Counted from the first letter of the stretch, positions 35,649 through 45,619 are shown. The stretch: DNA of 64,000 nt from Candidatus Anstonellales archaeon (GCA_038890745.1 JAWAFD010000002.1:32001-96000), one strand, 5' to 3'. Numbers and translations: made by a program. The notes: a model not told the origin generated them from the letters alone.

Positions 35649-38063
35649 ATGGCTGCGATAAAGAGAAGGCAATTCAAGTTTGAGGTTGAGAAGAAGTATA
35701 CGCATGTAAAAAGGTTTAAGGAGATAAAAAAATCAGAGCTTCAGCTTTTTCTAGAGGCGCTGTTTAAAAAAAAGGAAGAGAAAAAACCAGAATTACGGGA
35801 AGAGGAAAAAAAAGAGGAAAAACCATCAGCCGTGAAGATAATTGTGATTGGTTTGTTTGTATTCATCCTGATTCTCGCAGGAATAATTTTTTACATACTA
35901 AGCCTTCCACCTATTGTTCCTCCTGCTGAAGAGAAGATTCCGGCACACTTCATAAATGTTCTGAAGACTGGGACTGCCAGCTATGGTGCCGAATTCTCCC
36001 CAAGAACCGTTGCCTACTCAATAGTGGAGACAAACGCAACAAACATAAAACTTAACTTTTACACCTCCCCGGTTTCCAATCAAGTTTTCATACTTGAATG
36101 TGGTAAATACCAATCCCAGAATAACTATCCTTACTTTGAGGGTGTTTTGAAAAACTCTTTGGAAGAAAAAGGTTTTTCTGTTGGAAAAATAAGCGCAGAA
36201 GAAGCACTTTCTATCCCGGAAGGGGCGGTGGTAATCGCGCCCTGCGGAAAATTTCCAAAAGAGCTGATGGTGCCAGAATTTAGCAGTTTTGTCAGAAGAG
36301 GAAATACGTTTGTTTATATAGGATTAGAGCCGAATCAAGCAATAGATCTGGACGGTTCTTTGACCTCAGTTCCATCCTCTTTCTGGAAAACATTTAATAT
36401 AAATTTTGAAAGAGTTGGGATGACTTGCAACGCATCCTTAAAAGACCCTCTTTACAAGGCTGGGTCTCTTATAAGAGGGTGCATAAGCGTTGTGGATTAC
36501 GGAAAAGGAAGTATAATTTTTGTTCCGCAAGCTCTGGATGTTGGATGGGACAGCGGAACGCATGCTGCGGAAGATGTTGAGAAAATACTTTCCGGCACAG
36601 AATGGTTAAAACCTAAATATGAAAGTTCTTTCACAACGAATCAAACGAACATTCTTGTTTTTGTTGATTCTGAAAAAACCGGCTATCTAAAAGTCTATTC
36701 TACAGCAGATAAAGGTGAGCTTACGTACGCTGTTTTTAGGCAGATTTTTACCGATGTTGCCGGCGAACTCTATGTAAGCGAGGGACCTGCTGTTCTTTCA
36801 CCAACGCTCTCCGGCGCGCCCCTTAACTTCCACGCGTTCATAAACGATGGTGGGGAGCAGAGATCGCTTTTCTTAGATGTTGTGAATTTGCAGGGGGAGA
36901 ACGTAGAAAAAATTTCCTTAGGCGTCCACCCACTCTCTTCGGATTTCATATTCTCCTACACAGGCACCCTTCCGGAAGGCACATACCTTTGTGAGATAAA
37001 CGATGGGCAGAAGGCATACGCGAGAGGAATTTTTTCCATCTCTCCGATTGAGATAAAAACGCAGACAAATTTCATGGAATCGAAATACACATTCAGCTTT
37101 TTTGTGGGTGATAAAAAAGTTTCTCTTAGGAATGTTAAAATAAAATTCCGTGATAAAACATATCAGTATAGCAATGTAAATTCTGTTGAACTTGACTTGA
37201 ATAGAGAGTTTGGTGGGCCGACCCCCACTGGTTCGTATGATTTTATTTTCACAATAGGCGGGGAACAGAAAACAGTTACCGTTGTAAGGAGAGAAACAGG
37301 AGGACTTTCGACAATTTTTACTCCACTAAACATCCTTCTATTTTCCATCGCGCTGGCCATTGTAGCAATAGGAGTGTACTTCGCAAGGAAGGAGGAAGCT
37401 CCGTATGCGCTCGATATTCCGGCCTTCCCGCCAATAGAAAAAATAAAAATTCCAATAAAGAGAAAAGAGGTACTTGAAATATTCAAAAAAGTTAATGATT
37501 TCTACAAATGGAAATACACCCCGCTGAAGCTTTCTGAGATAAAGGGAGGGTTTAAGAGCATATACTACCAGGGGAAACCGATATACCTCAGCGACTACAA
37601 CCTCGAATTCATATTGGATAAGCTTGAGAGGAGAGGGGATGTGAAGAGCTATCTTGAATACTATGGGCTTACGGAATGGGAAAAGGAAAGCGGAAGAAGT
37701 ATTCCTGCGCTCTGCATGTTCAGGGCAATAAGGGATATATGTGTAGTGAACGCGATTCCGTTTAGCGATCTGGGAAGGGCAAAGGACTGTGATACGAAAT
37801 TAAAGGTTATCGGCCAGGATTTCTACATAAATTTCTACGAGAAGGGGAGGATGGCTGAGGTGATGAAGAATTCAACAGAGTGTGCGAAAAAAGGGGTTTC
37901 CATAATACTTTTTGGGAGTCAGGAGGAAAAGGAAAGTTTTATCCCATATGTATACTCCCCAAACAGGCTTTCTGGTATTTTAAAGTTTTATGTTGAAAGC
38001 GGGGATGTCCTCCTCCTTACTGTTGATGAGTTGAGGAAGAAAATAAAGGAAATAAAGGGATGA
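35649..38063 (+). CDS. Large two-TM membrane protein with a ~490-aa ectodomain and cytoplasmic C-terminal domain
   Basis: 804 aa; TM helices near aa 62-85 and ~560-580. Confidence 0.75.
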   Translation: MAAIKRRQFKFEVEKKYTHVKRFKEIKKSELQLFLEALFKKKEEKKPELREEEKKEEKPSAVKIIVIGLFVFILILAGIIFYILSLPPIVPPAEEKIPAHFINVLKTGTASYGAEFSPRTVAYSIVETNATNIKLNFYTSPVSNQVFILECGKYQSQNNYPYFEGVLKNSLEEKGFSVGKISAEEALSIPEGAVVIAPCGKFPKELMVPEFSSFVRRGNTFVYIGLEPNQAIDLDGSLTSVPSSFWKTFNINFERVGMTCNASLKDPLYKAGSLIRGCISVVDYGKGSIIFVPQALDVGWDSGTHAAEDVEKILSGTEWLKPKYESSFTTNQTNILVFVDSEKTGYLKVYSTADKGELTYAVFRQIFTDVAGELYVSEGPAVLSPTLSGAPLNFHAFINDGGEQRSLFLDVVNLQGENVEKISLGVHPLSSDFIFSYTGTLPEGTYLCEINDGQKAYARGIFSISPIEIKTQTNFMESKYTFSFFVGDKKVSLRNVKIKFRDKTYQYSNVNSVELDLNREFGGPTPTGSYDFIFTIGGEQKTVTVVRRETGGLSTIFTPLNILLFSIALAIVAIGVYFARKEEAPYALDIPAFPPIEKIKIPIKRKEVLEIFKKVNDFYKWKYTPLKLSEIKGGFKSIYYQGKPIYLSDYNLEFILDKLERRGDVKSYLEYYGLTEWEKESGRSIPALCMFRAIRDICVVNAIPFSDLGRAKDCDTKLKVIGQDFYINFYEKGRMAEVMKNSTECAKKGVSIILFGSQEEKESFIPYVYSPNRLSGILKFYVESGDVLLLTVDELRKKIKEIKG

Positions 38064-38065
38064 TT

Positions 38066-39193
38066 CTATTTTTTGAGGAGGGATTGGTAGAGTTCTATGT
38101 ATTTTTTCGCAACCTTTTTTATATCATACTCTTTCGCGGCATTTTTTGCATTCTCACCTATTTTTTTCTTGCATTCCAATGCTTGGATCACCTTTTCAGG
38201 GAATTCTTTCTCGTCCCTGAATAAAAATCCCGTTTCACCTTCTTTCACGAACTCTGCCGGTGCGGAGTTTGCCGGAACAACCGGAGCGCATCCGCATGCC
38301 ATACTTTCCAGAACGCTTAACCCTTGCGTATCAAACGAAGATGGGAATAGAAATGCCTTTGCTGAATTATAATACACAGGAAGCTCCTCATCCTCAACAA
38401 ACCCGGGCATCAAAACATTATCTTCAACCCCTAGCATCTTTATCTTGTTCCTTACATCATCCTCATAAGGCCCCTTTCCAACAAGAATGAATGTTGCTTT
38501 CTTTCTGTTTATCACAGAAGGAATGGAATCTATTATCAGGTCCACATTCTTTTCCTTCACTATTCTACCAACATAAAGTGCAAACGGCCCTCTTTTTCCG
38601 TTTATTTTTGCTTTCTTATTCTTTACCCTTGCGAATCTGTTATACTCTATTCCGTTTGGCATTACTACGCAATTTTCAATTCCGATCTCTCTTAGTGCAT
38701 TTTTCGCGTAGTTGCTTGGTGTGGTTACAACCCTAAACTGCTTGTAATACCATCTTAGATATTTTACAGCAACATCCTCCAGGATATTTTTTAGGCTCGG
38801 GTTCTGAGAGAGGTAATAGGTTGCTTTATGCACCATGGTATGAAAGGAAGCTATGGCCGGGATTTTTAATTTTTGTGAGCACTGGATAGCAGCAAGTCCA
38901 GTTGTTGCTATTCCATGGCTGTGTATAATGTCGATGTGCATCTCCTGCACCAATTTTACAGCAGAGATGAACGGAAATAGAGCAATCCGATAATCAGGGT
39001 AGGGTTTGAAAACAGCAGAGCTGAAATAATACACCCTTTTATCCTTATTCTCTTCCTTTTGTTTTTTTGTTCCCGGAGTAAACATAAAAACCTCATGCCC
39101 TTCTTTTTCGAGTTCATTCCTTAGGTTAAGCATCGCTGTAACCACACCATCCCTCTGCGGAAGATAGGTATCTGTGAAGAATGCTATTCTCAT
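38066..39193 (-). CDS. GT4 glycosyltransferase
   Basis: FTDTYLPQRDGV, YVGRIVKEKN, DTQGLSVLESMACG. Confidence 0.92.
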   Translation of the reverse strand: MRIAFFTDTYLPQRDGVVTAMLNLRNELEKEGHEVFMFTPGTKKQKEENKDKRVYYFSSAVFKPYPDYRIALFPFISAVKLVQEMHIDIIHSHGIATTGLAAIQCSQKLKIPAIASFHTMVHKATYYLSQNPSLKNILEDVAVKYLRWYYKQFRVVTTPSNYAKNALREIGIENCVVMPNGIEYNRFARVKNKKAKINGKRGPFALYVGRIVKEKNVDLIIDSIPSVINRKKATFILVGKGPYEDDVRNKIKMLGVEDNVLMPGFVEDEELPVYYNSAKAFLFPSSFDTQGLSVLESMACGCAPVVPANSAPAEFVKEGETGFLFRDEKEFPEKVIQALECKKKIGENAKNAAKEYDIKKVAKKYIELYQSLLKK

Positions 39194-40017
39194 CAGAGCG
39201 CCTCCATAAAATTTATTTTTGCATACTTATTCGGAATGGTGTTTGAGGTAATTATATAATCCGCTGAGCCTTCTATCCTTTGCAAACTATCCTTCAAAAA
39301 GAATGCATGCACGGTTGCGACCCCAACCTTTCTCGCACCTGCTTTTTTTACGTTTTCCAGAGCCCTAACCATCGTGCCGCCGGTACTTATCATATCATCA
39401 ATTATGAGTACATCCCTGCCCATTACTTCCTGCACACCTTCTACCTTTTCAATTTTCCTATACGCCTCCTTCCCTTTAACATACTCCCCTCTTACTTTTT
39501 TCATCGATTTCTCAGCCATGTATCCCGCTCCTTCATCAGGGCTTATTGTAATAAGGTTTTTTGAGAATTCTTCTTTTGCTTTTTCAATCAACTTCCCTCC
39601 AAGTGAAATGTTCTTGATTTTCATCCCTGCCCTTTCGTACTCTCCGCTCCCGGTTTTTATAAAATGACAATCAAATGTTATTATTTTTTCTACCCCGCTC
39701 TCTCTCAGCATGCTCAGCAAGATATCTATGCTCAGCGCTTCTCCTTCCAAAAATGTTTTATCCTGCCTTGAATACGGAAGGTATGGAATGACAGCGGCCT
39801 GTATTTTTGCACCCATTTTTCTCAGGGTTCTTGAGGCTAAGATTAGCTCAAAAATTCTTGAATTCTGCTCAGGCCAGAGCCTGGCATATATTGTTACTTC
39901 CTTTCCTTTGAATTTTTCCGGCTCAAGAATTCTCACGTAGCTGTCCCCATCCGGAAAGTTTTTTACTTCTATGTTTGGGTTTAGCAGGTCTGAGAAATTC
40001 GGCATTACGGCTTCCAT
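39193..40017 (-). CDS. prs: Ribose-phosphate pyrophosphokinase
   Basis: FPDGDSY, PYLPYSRQDK, SPDEGA, IIDDMISTGGT. Confidence 0.93.
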   Translation of the reverse strand: MEAVMPNFSDLLNPNIEVKNFPDGDSYVRILEPEKFKGKEVTIYARLWPEQNSRIFELILASRTLRKMGAKIQAAVIPYLPYSRQDKTFLEGEALSIDILLSMLRESGVEKIITFDCHFIKTGSGEYERAGMKIKNISLGGKLIEKAKEEFSKNLITISPDEGAGYMAEKSMKKVRGEYVKGKEAYRKIEKVEGVQEVMGRDVLIIDDMISTGGTMVRALENVKKAGARKVGVATVHAFFLKDSLQRIEGSADYIITSNTIPNKYAKINFMEAL

Positions 40018-40133
40018 GTTTTTATACTAACCGAAAGGATTTAAATCTGTTTGGGGGCAGATCAGCTACTCTATTTAATAAGCGCAAGCCCAACCCCAAT
40101 TATTATCAGGAAATCCTTCCATATCGAACAGGT

Positions 40134-40562
40134 TTAGACGAGTTCTTCGGGTGCAAAAACCCTCTCGCAATATATGCACCTATACCTTTCCCCTTCCTTT
40201 TTGAAGTGCTTGTGCATCTCTTCATTATTCGTGATGCAGCTTGGGTTTGGGCAATGGCCTATCCTTAAATCATCGGGCATTTCAACGCTCTTTTTCTCAA
40301 CGACCTTTGAATCCCTTATTATGTTTATGGTTGTTTCTGGAGAAACGAGCGCAATTAGGTTCAGCTTTTCATCAGAAAGAAAAACACCCTCAATCTTTAC
40401 AATATCTTTCTTCCCAAGCTTTTTGCTCTTTACGTTTGAAAGAAGGGCTATGCTTCCCTCATGTTTCTCATCCAACCCAAGAAGCTTCAATATCTTTGTC
40501 CCTTTCCCGGCCCTTATATGGTCTATCACAGTTCCTTCCTTTATTGCCTCAACCTTAAGCAT
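40134..40562 (-). CDS. pyrI: Aspartate carbamoyltransferase regulatory subunit
   Basis: GTVIDHI, KKDIVKIE, CPNPSCIT, CIYCE. Confidence 0.96.
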   Translation of the reverse strand: MLKVEAIKEGTVIDHIRAGKGTKILKLLGLDEKHEGSIALLSNVKSKKLGKKDIVKIEGVFLSDEKLNLIALVSPETTINIIRDSKVVEKKSVEMPDDLRIGHCPNPSCITNNEEMHKHFKKEGERYRCIYCERVFAPEELV

Positions 40563-41460
40563 GTTCTCCCTCCAAAATATATTTTATCAATCCCATGCGA
40601 ACAGGAATCCCGTTTTTCGCCTGCTCAAAGTATTTTGCATGAGGGGTTTTGTCTATCTCCAAATCTATTTCATTGACCCTTGGAAGCGGATGCATTATTA
40701 TCATATCCTTCTTTGCATTCTTTATAGCTTCCTTTGTTATTCTGAATTTTTCCATTATCCTTTTCGCTTCAAGAGGGTCAGCAAACCTCTCCTGCTGTAT
40801 TCTTGTTACATAAAGAACATCATCCTTGCTGAAGTCCGGCTCATCCTCAACGCTTATTTTTGTGTTGAACTTTTTCTCAACCTCTTCTATAAAATCAACC
40901 GGAACCTCAAGCCCTGCTGGGGATGTGACAGCGATTTTTGCACCAAACATAGCGAGCGCGTATATTAAAGAATGCATTGTCCTCGCATGCTTCAGGTCGC
41001 CCATCATCCTTACATTCAGCCCTTTTATCGTTCCCTTCTCTTTTAGTATTGTATAAAGGTCTAGCATTGTTTGCGTGGGATGCTGGTTTCCTCCATCCCC
41101 ACCGTTTATTATGGATGCATCGGCAATCTCAGCAGCATATCGCGCAGCACCCTCATACTTATGTCTTATGACTATAATATCCGAATATCCATCAAGCATC
41201 CTCACAGTGTCTGCAAAGCTTTCCCCTTTTTTTACAGAACTAAGCTCGCTTATGAAATCAATGTACCTTAGCCCGAGCCTCAGGGATGCGCTCTGGAAAC
41301 TGAGCTTTGTCCTCGTCGAGGGTTCAAAGAACAGCGTTGCAACAACCCCATCAAGCTTTTCCACCCTACCGCTCTTCAACTGCCTATCCATTTCCTTTGC
41401 GATCTCAAAAATTTCTTCAAACATTTTTTTGTTTATATCACGAACAGATATTACATCCAT
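40555..41460 (-). CDS. pyrB: Aspartate carbamoyltransferase catalytic subunit
   Basis: FFEPSTRT, HPTQ, RIQQER, HPLPR. Confidence 0.97.
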   Translation of the reverse strand: MDVISVRDINKKMFEEIFEIAKEMDRQLKSGRVEKLDGVVATLFFEPSTRTKLSFQSASLRLGLRYIDFISELSSVKKGESFADTVRMLDGYSDIIVIRHKYEGAARYAAEIADASIINGGDGGNQHPTQTMLDLYTILKEKGTIKGLNVRMMGDLKHARTMHSLIYALAMFGAKIAVTSPAGLEVPVDFIEEVEKKFNTKISVEDEPDFSKDDVLYVTRIQQERFADPLEAKRIMEKFRITKEAIKNAKKDMIIMHPLPRVNEIDLEIDKTPHAKYFEQAKNGIPVRMGLIKYILEGEHA

Positions 41461-41520
41461 AAAACCCCCTTGTTGAATTTGGCAAAAAAATATTTAAACC
41501 TTTTGAGGGAAGGGAATTCC

Positions 41521-42096
41521 ATGCTGATTGTTTTTGAGGGTATAGATGGATGCGGGAAGAATACGCACATCACCCTTCTTCAAGGGGAATATGATTTTGA
41601 GGTTTTAAAGTTTCCGCGAGAAAAATATTCCATACTCGGTGATTTTCTGCGCGGGAATGTTGAGATAAACAGAAAAGCGCTTTTCCTCCTTTTTCTTTCC
41701 GATATAACAGATGGGATATCTGAAATTTCAAAAATAAACAAGCCGGTGTTTTTGGACAGGTATTTTTTCTCAACGATTGCGTATGAGGTTGATGGAGTAG
41801 AGTATGAAACGGCAAAAAATATTGTAAACTCCCTTTCCCTTCCAAAACCGGATGGAGTTGTTCTGCTTGACATCCCACCTGAAATTTCGTATGAAAGGAA
41901 AGTTGCCCAAAAAGGATTGGACAGATACGAGAGGGACGTTGAATACCTTCGGAGGGTGAGAGGGAACTTTCTGAAACTTTACGAGGAAAAGTTCTATACT
42001 GAAAATTGGTTTTTGATAGATGGGAACCGGCCGATAATGGAAGTTTATAAGGATGTGAAAGAAGTAATAGAGAAACTTGGCATAAGAAAGGGTTAA
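41521..42096 (+). CDS. tmk: Thymidylate kinase
   Basis: FEGIDGCGKNT, LDRYFFSTIAY, LPKPD. Start at MLIVF. Confidence 0.92.
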   Translation: MLIVFEGIDGCGKNTHITLLQGEYDFEVLKFPREKYSILGDFLRGNVEINRKALFLLFLSDITDGISEISKINKPVFLDRYFFSTIAYEVDGVEYETAKNIVNSLSLPKPDGVVLLDIPPEISYERKVAQKGLDRYERDVEYLRRVRGNFLKLYEEKFYTENWFLIDGNRPIMEVYKDVKEVIEKLGIRKG

Positions 42097-42136
42097 AAAA
42101 AGTTCCGCATAGTTTAAAAAATCTTCATTTCCATTT

Positions 42137-42259
42137 GCTCCGATCGTCTAGTGGACAAGGATACTGGCCTTTCGAGGAACCTTTTCGCCTTCGGCGTAAA
42201 AGCGTTTCATCGGAAAATGAAGAAAGCCAGTGACCCGGGTTCGAATCCCGGTCGGAGCA
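42137..42259 (+). tRNA. tRNA-Glu(TTC) with a 37/38 intron (42175-42224)
   Basis: Acceptor GCTCCGA/TCGGAGC; anticodon CTGGC-CT-TTC-G^A-GCCAG; T-arm CCGGG-TTCGAAT-CCCGG. Confidence 0.94.
42175..42224 (+). other. Canonical 37/38 tRNA intron, 50 nt (shared family B)
   Basis: BHB central helix CTTT/GAAG with bulges CGA and AAA. Core homologous to 13449-13496. Confidence 0.9.
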
Positions 42260-42278
42260 ATATACTAAGGGTAATATT

Positions 42279-43370
42279 ATGTTGCCGAACATATACAAAG
42301 GGAATTATTTTCTTGCGCTGATTCCCCCACTTCTACTCATAATTCTATCACTCTATTTTATTTTTTCCAATGGGATAGATTTAGGGGTTGATTTTCAGGG
42401 AGGGACGCTTGTTACCCTGCAAATGAAAAACAGCGTAGATGGGCCATGGTTAGAATCGCAGCTTTCTAATGAGGGTTTTGCAAACCCAAAGGTTAACGTT
42501 TTCCAGACGACTTATGGGTACAAGGCTGAGATAGAGTTTGCGCAGAGCGAAGAGATAAAAAAAGCAGAGGAGCTGAAATCAGAATTTCAAACCCTTCTTC
42601 CTGAGGTTTCAAACCTTGAGGTGAGATATCTATCAAGCGGAGAAGGGAAAGAGGAGTATGAGCAGAAGAAAGAGCACCTCTACTCTATTGCTAAGGAGAT
42701 GATAAACGACCTTGCGGGGATGAACGAGAGTGTTTCTAGCAAAGACCTCAACGAGCTTAATTCTCTATTCTCTTCTTCCTACAACCAGGTTTACAAGAAT
42801 TATGAGCAAAAGGTTGGAAACGCGATCAGAAAGTATATATCCTATGATGTCATTTCTGTGCAAACCGTGAGCCCCGCGCTCAGTGCGCAGTTTATAGAGA
42901 AAGCAGGGAATGTTGTGCTTTTCTCGGCTATCCTTAGCATGATTTTTGTTTTTGTTGTTTTTAGAACATTGGTTCCGAGCGCCGCTGTTTTAATAGGGGC
43001 TTTTAGCGATGTTGTGATCGCGTTGGGTGCGATGAGCTTTTTCGGAATTCCATTGACCCTCGCGAGCTTCGCAGCCCTCATAATGCTTGTTGGTTACTCC
43101 TTGGACACTGATGTTCTTCTTACCATGAGAATGCTCAAGAGGGCTGGCGACCCAAGGGAAAAGGCTTACGATGCAATGAAAACTGGAATAACAATGAGCA
43201 TCACTTCAATAGTTGCATTCTCGGCCCTTTTCGCCCTTGCGTATTTTACGAGAATTTCAACTTATTATGAGATTTCTTCTGTAGTGGTGTGCGGGCTTAT
43301 TGGCGATATATTCGCAACCTGGGGCATAAATGCCGTTATACTTCTTCACCATATCCTAGGAAGGCGATAG
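42279..43370 (+). CDS. secF: Protein translocase subunit SecF
   Basis: LGVDFQGGT, AALIMLVGYSLDTDVLL, GLIGD. Confidence 0.92.
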   Translation: MLPNIYKGNYFLALIPPLLLIILSLYFIFSNGIDLGVDFQGGTLVTLQMKNSVDGPWLESQLSNEGFANPKVNVFQTTYGYKAEIEFAQSEEIKKAEELKSEFQTLLPEVSNLEVRYLSSGEGKEEYEQKKEHLYSIAKEMINDLAGMNESVSSKDLNELNSLFSSSYNQVYKNYEQKVGNAIRKYISYDVISVQTVSPALSAQFIEKAGNVVLFSAILSMIFVFVVFRTLVPSAAVLIGAFSDVVIALGAMSFFGIPLTLASFAALIMLVGYSLDTDVLLTMRMLKRAGDPREKAYDAMKTGITMSITSIVAFSALFALAYFTRISTYYEISSVVVCGLIGDIFATWGINAVILLHHILGRR

Positions 43371-43372
43371 GA

Positions 43373-45052
43373 ATGTTTGAAAAATTCCCATCTGTTAATG
43401 AACTAAAAAATGACAGAAAATTCCTGTTTCTTCTACTACTCGGCATTCTGATGCTTGCGGGCATATTTATGTATCCTGTTTATGTTGGCTTCCTACTCAT
43501 ACTTAGTCTTCTTATTTTTGGAACCCTTTCCAGCGTATGGAAGGAGAGCCATATAAGGCTATCCGCTCTTTTTGCTCTGATCATTCTTGCTATTTCTGCG
43601 ATCGCTGTGCATGGAATAAAATTTGGAATAGATTTTGAGGGCGGAACAAGAATTCCAATAGTGCTGGAATACCCAGTCAATCAGATTACTATGCAGGAGA
43701 TGGTTGAGACAATAAAGAAGAGGGCATCCGTTCTTGGGCTTACAGAAGTGAAGGTAAAAGCAGTCGGGAACAGCGAGATATATGTTGAGCTTCCGAGCGC
43801 AGATGAGGAGATGGTGAAGAGGGTGGAGGGGATACTGGAAAAGCAGGGGGTTTATTTAGGTGTTGTGGATGGAAAAGTAGCGATAACCGGGCAGGACATC
43901 CTTCCGGGAACGATATACAGGATTCCTACTCAATACCTACAAGGGCATGACTGGGGGGTTGGTTTTTCCATCACAAAAACCGGCGCGGAACGTTTTGCAG
44001 AAACAGTAAAGGGTAAGGCAAACTATCCACTCTACATGTTTTTGGACAGACCGAGGAATGCTTTTGTTGTTGTGAACAGCGAGCAGCTTAAGCAATCCCT
44101 CGCTGAGAGTTTGGAAATTGAGGATGCGCTCTCTGCTATGAAAGAGGCGTTGGAGCTTGAAGGGGATAACACAGTAATCATTTTTGAGGAGGATGTTCTT
44201 CCTGGTATGAACCTTTCAAACAGGACATATGTTGTTTTGAGGAAGAATGCACCCCAAAGCGTAAAGGACATTTTCTCTTCAGCTGGCATGATGATAAAAG
44301 AGGTTGAGGACAGCGAGATGATTCCGGAAATTTCCTATGGGAGCGCGGGCACTCCTGTTGTTGCAAAATGGGAGGGGGTCGGGCTTCTTTCCTCCCCATT
44401 CCTTTCTCCTCAAATTACGGATGGAATCCCAAGCTATTCCTATTCTATTACAGGTCCTGCTTCTGGAGTTGGGCAGGAGAAAGTACTTAATGCCGAGAGA
44501 AGGGTTAAAGAAATAGAGTCCATTTTGAAGGGCGGGGCTTTACCAGTTAGGATAACGCTCGGAAGCAAAACTACTATTCCTGCGCCTCTTGGGCAGGAGT
44601 TTCTCCGACTTAGTTTGCTCGGGCTTGTTTTTGCTTTTATCATTGTTTCTGCGGTGATCTTTATTACTTATAGAAAGCTGCGCGTTATCCTTCCGATAAT
44701 TCTTATAACGTTGGCTGAGATAACCATTCTTATTGCAATCACCGGCTCGTTTACGATAGATCTGGCAACAATGGCCGGTATAATAGCAGCAGTTGGCGTA
44801 AGCATAGATGCACAGATAATAATTACAGATGAGCTTCTGAAAAAAACCGGCTCAAAGGAGGAAAAGCTGGACAGGGCGATGTCTATTATAAACACAAATG
44901 TTACTGTTGCAATCCTTGCGATGCTCCCCCTTCTCTTTTCTGGTATGGTTGAGATTATTGGTTTTGCTGTTGCTACAATCTTGGGTGCTCTTCTTGGAGC
45001 CCTTATCTCAAGACCAGCTTATGCTACAATAGCAGGAGAGTTAGTAGCATGA
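43373..45052 (+). CDS. secD: Protein translocase subunit SecD
   Basis: FGIDFEGGT, LKGGALPV, AGIIAAVGVSIDAQIIITDE, SRPAY. Start at MFEKF. Confidence 0.92.
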   Translation: MFEKFPSVNELKNDRKFLFLLLLGILMLAGIFMYPVYVGFLLILSLLIFGTLSSVWKESHIRLSALFALIILAISAIAVHGIKFGIDFEGGTRIPIVLEYPVNQITMQEMVETIKKRASVLGLTEVKVKAVGNSEIYVELPSADEEMVKRVEGILEKQGVYLGVVDGKVAITGQDILPGTIYRIPTQYLQGHDWGVGFSITKTGAERFAETVKGKANYPLYMFLDRPRNAFVVVNSEQLKQSLAESLEIEDALSAMKEALELEGDNTVIIFEEDVLPGMNLSNRTYVVLRKNAPQSVKDIFSSAGMMIKEVEDSEMIPEISYGSAGTPVVAKWEGVGLLSSPFLSPQITDGIPSYSYSITGPASGVGQEKVLNAERRVKEIESILKGGALPVRITLGSKTTIPAPLGQEFLRLSLLGLVFAFIIVSAVIFITYRKLRVILPIILITLAEITILIAITGSFTIDLATMAGIIAAVGVSIDAQIIITDELLKKTGSKEEKLDRAMSIINTNVTVAILAMLPLLFSGMVEIIGFAVATILGALLGALISRPAYATIAGELVA

Positions 45053-45570
45053 AAAAAATAGAAGAGTATCTTCTGAAAAAAGAAAGAATAATGGACGGAT
45101 TTCTGGTGATGCAGAGAGAGTTGGTTAGGGAATGCTCAAAAGCTATAAAAGAAATCCATGAGGGAAAGGTTTCAGATGCTGAAAAGAGAATAAAGAAGGC
45201 GGAAGAAGAGTTCAAAAACCTCCCCAAAGAGCCTTTTGTCTATCCATACTATTTACATGTTGCTCAGGAATTTTTTGAAGCAAAGATTCTTCTCAGCGTT
45301 GTTAAAACCAAAGAGATTCCCAAGCCTGAAGAGCCGTACGAGGCTTTTTTGACAGGTATGCTGGATGCAGCCGGCGAGTTGAAAAGGGAGATGTATGAAG
45401 CGTTAAGAAAAGGAGACAAAAGGGTTGCAGAAAAATACTTCAAGCTCATGGAGAAAATATATGATGAATCCCTGCATTTCAAGTTCTCAGAGTCGGTCCT
45501 TCCGGGTTTTAGAAGAAAGCAGGACGTTTTGAGAATACAGCTTGAGCAGGCGAGAGGAGAGCTTTTGTAA
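45049..45570 (+). CDS. Translin-family protein
   Basis: QEFFEA, FLTGMLDAAGELKR, FRRKQDV. Confidence 0.82.
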   Translation: MKKIEEYLLKKERIMDGFLVMQRELVRECSKAIKEIHEGKVSDAEKRIKKAEEEFKNLPKEPFVYPYYLHVAQEFFEAKILLSVVKTKEIPKPEEPYEAFLTGMLDAAGELKREMYEALRKGDKRVAEKYFKLMEKIYDESLHFKFSESVLPGFRRKQDVLRIQLEQARGELL

Positions 45571-45590
45571 CTATAGTTACAACGATTACC

Positions 45591-45616
45591 AATAAAAACC
45601 CTTCTGCTCTTTTTTT
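45591..45616 (+). repeat. 26-bp direct repeat, copy 1 (promoter-like)
   Basis: AATAAAAACCCTTCTGCTCTTTTTTT, identical to 46137-46162. Confidence 0.9.
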
Positions 45617-45619
45617 ATC

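Noticed and set aside
40018..40133. Possible ncRNA or attenuator between pyrI and prs
   Set aside because: No convincing stem or known motif; it contains an ordinary TATA-like element for prs.
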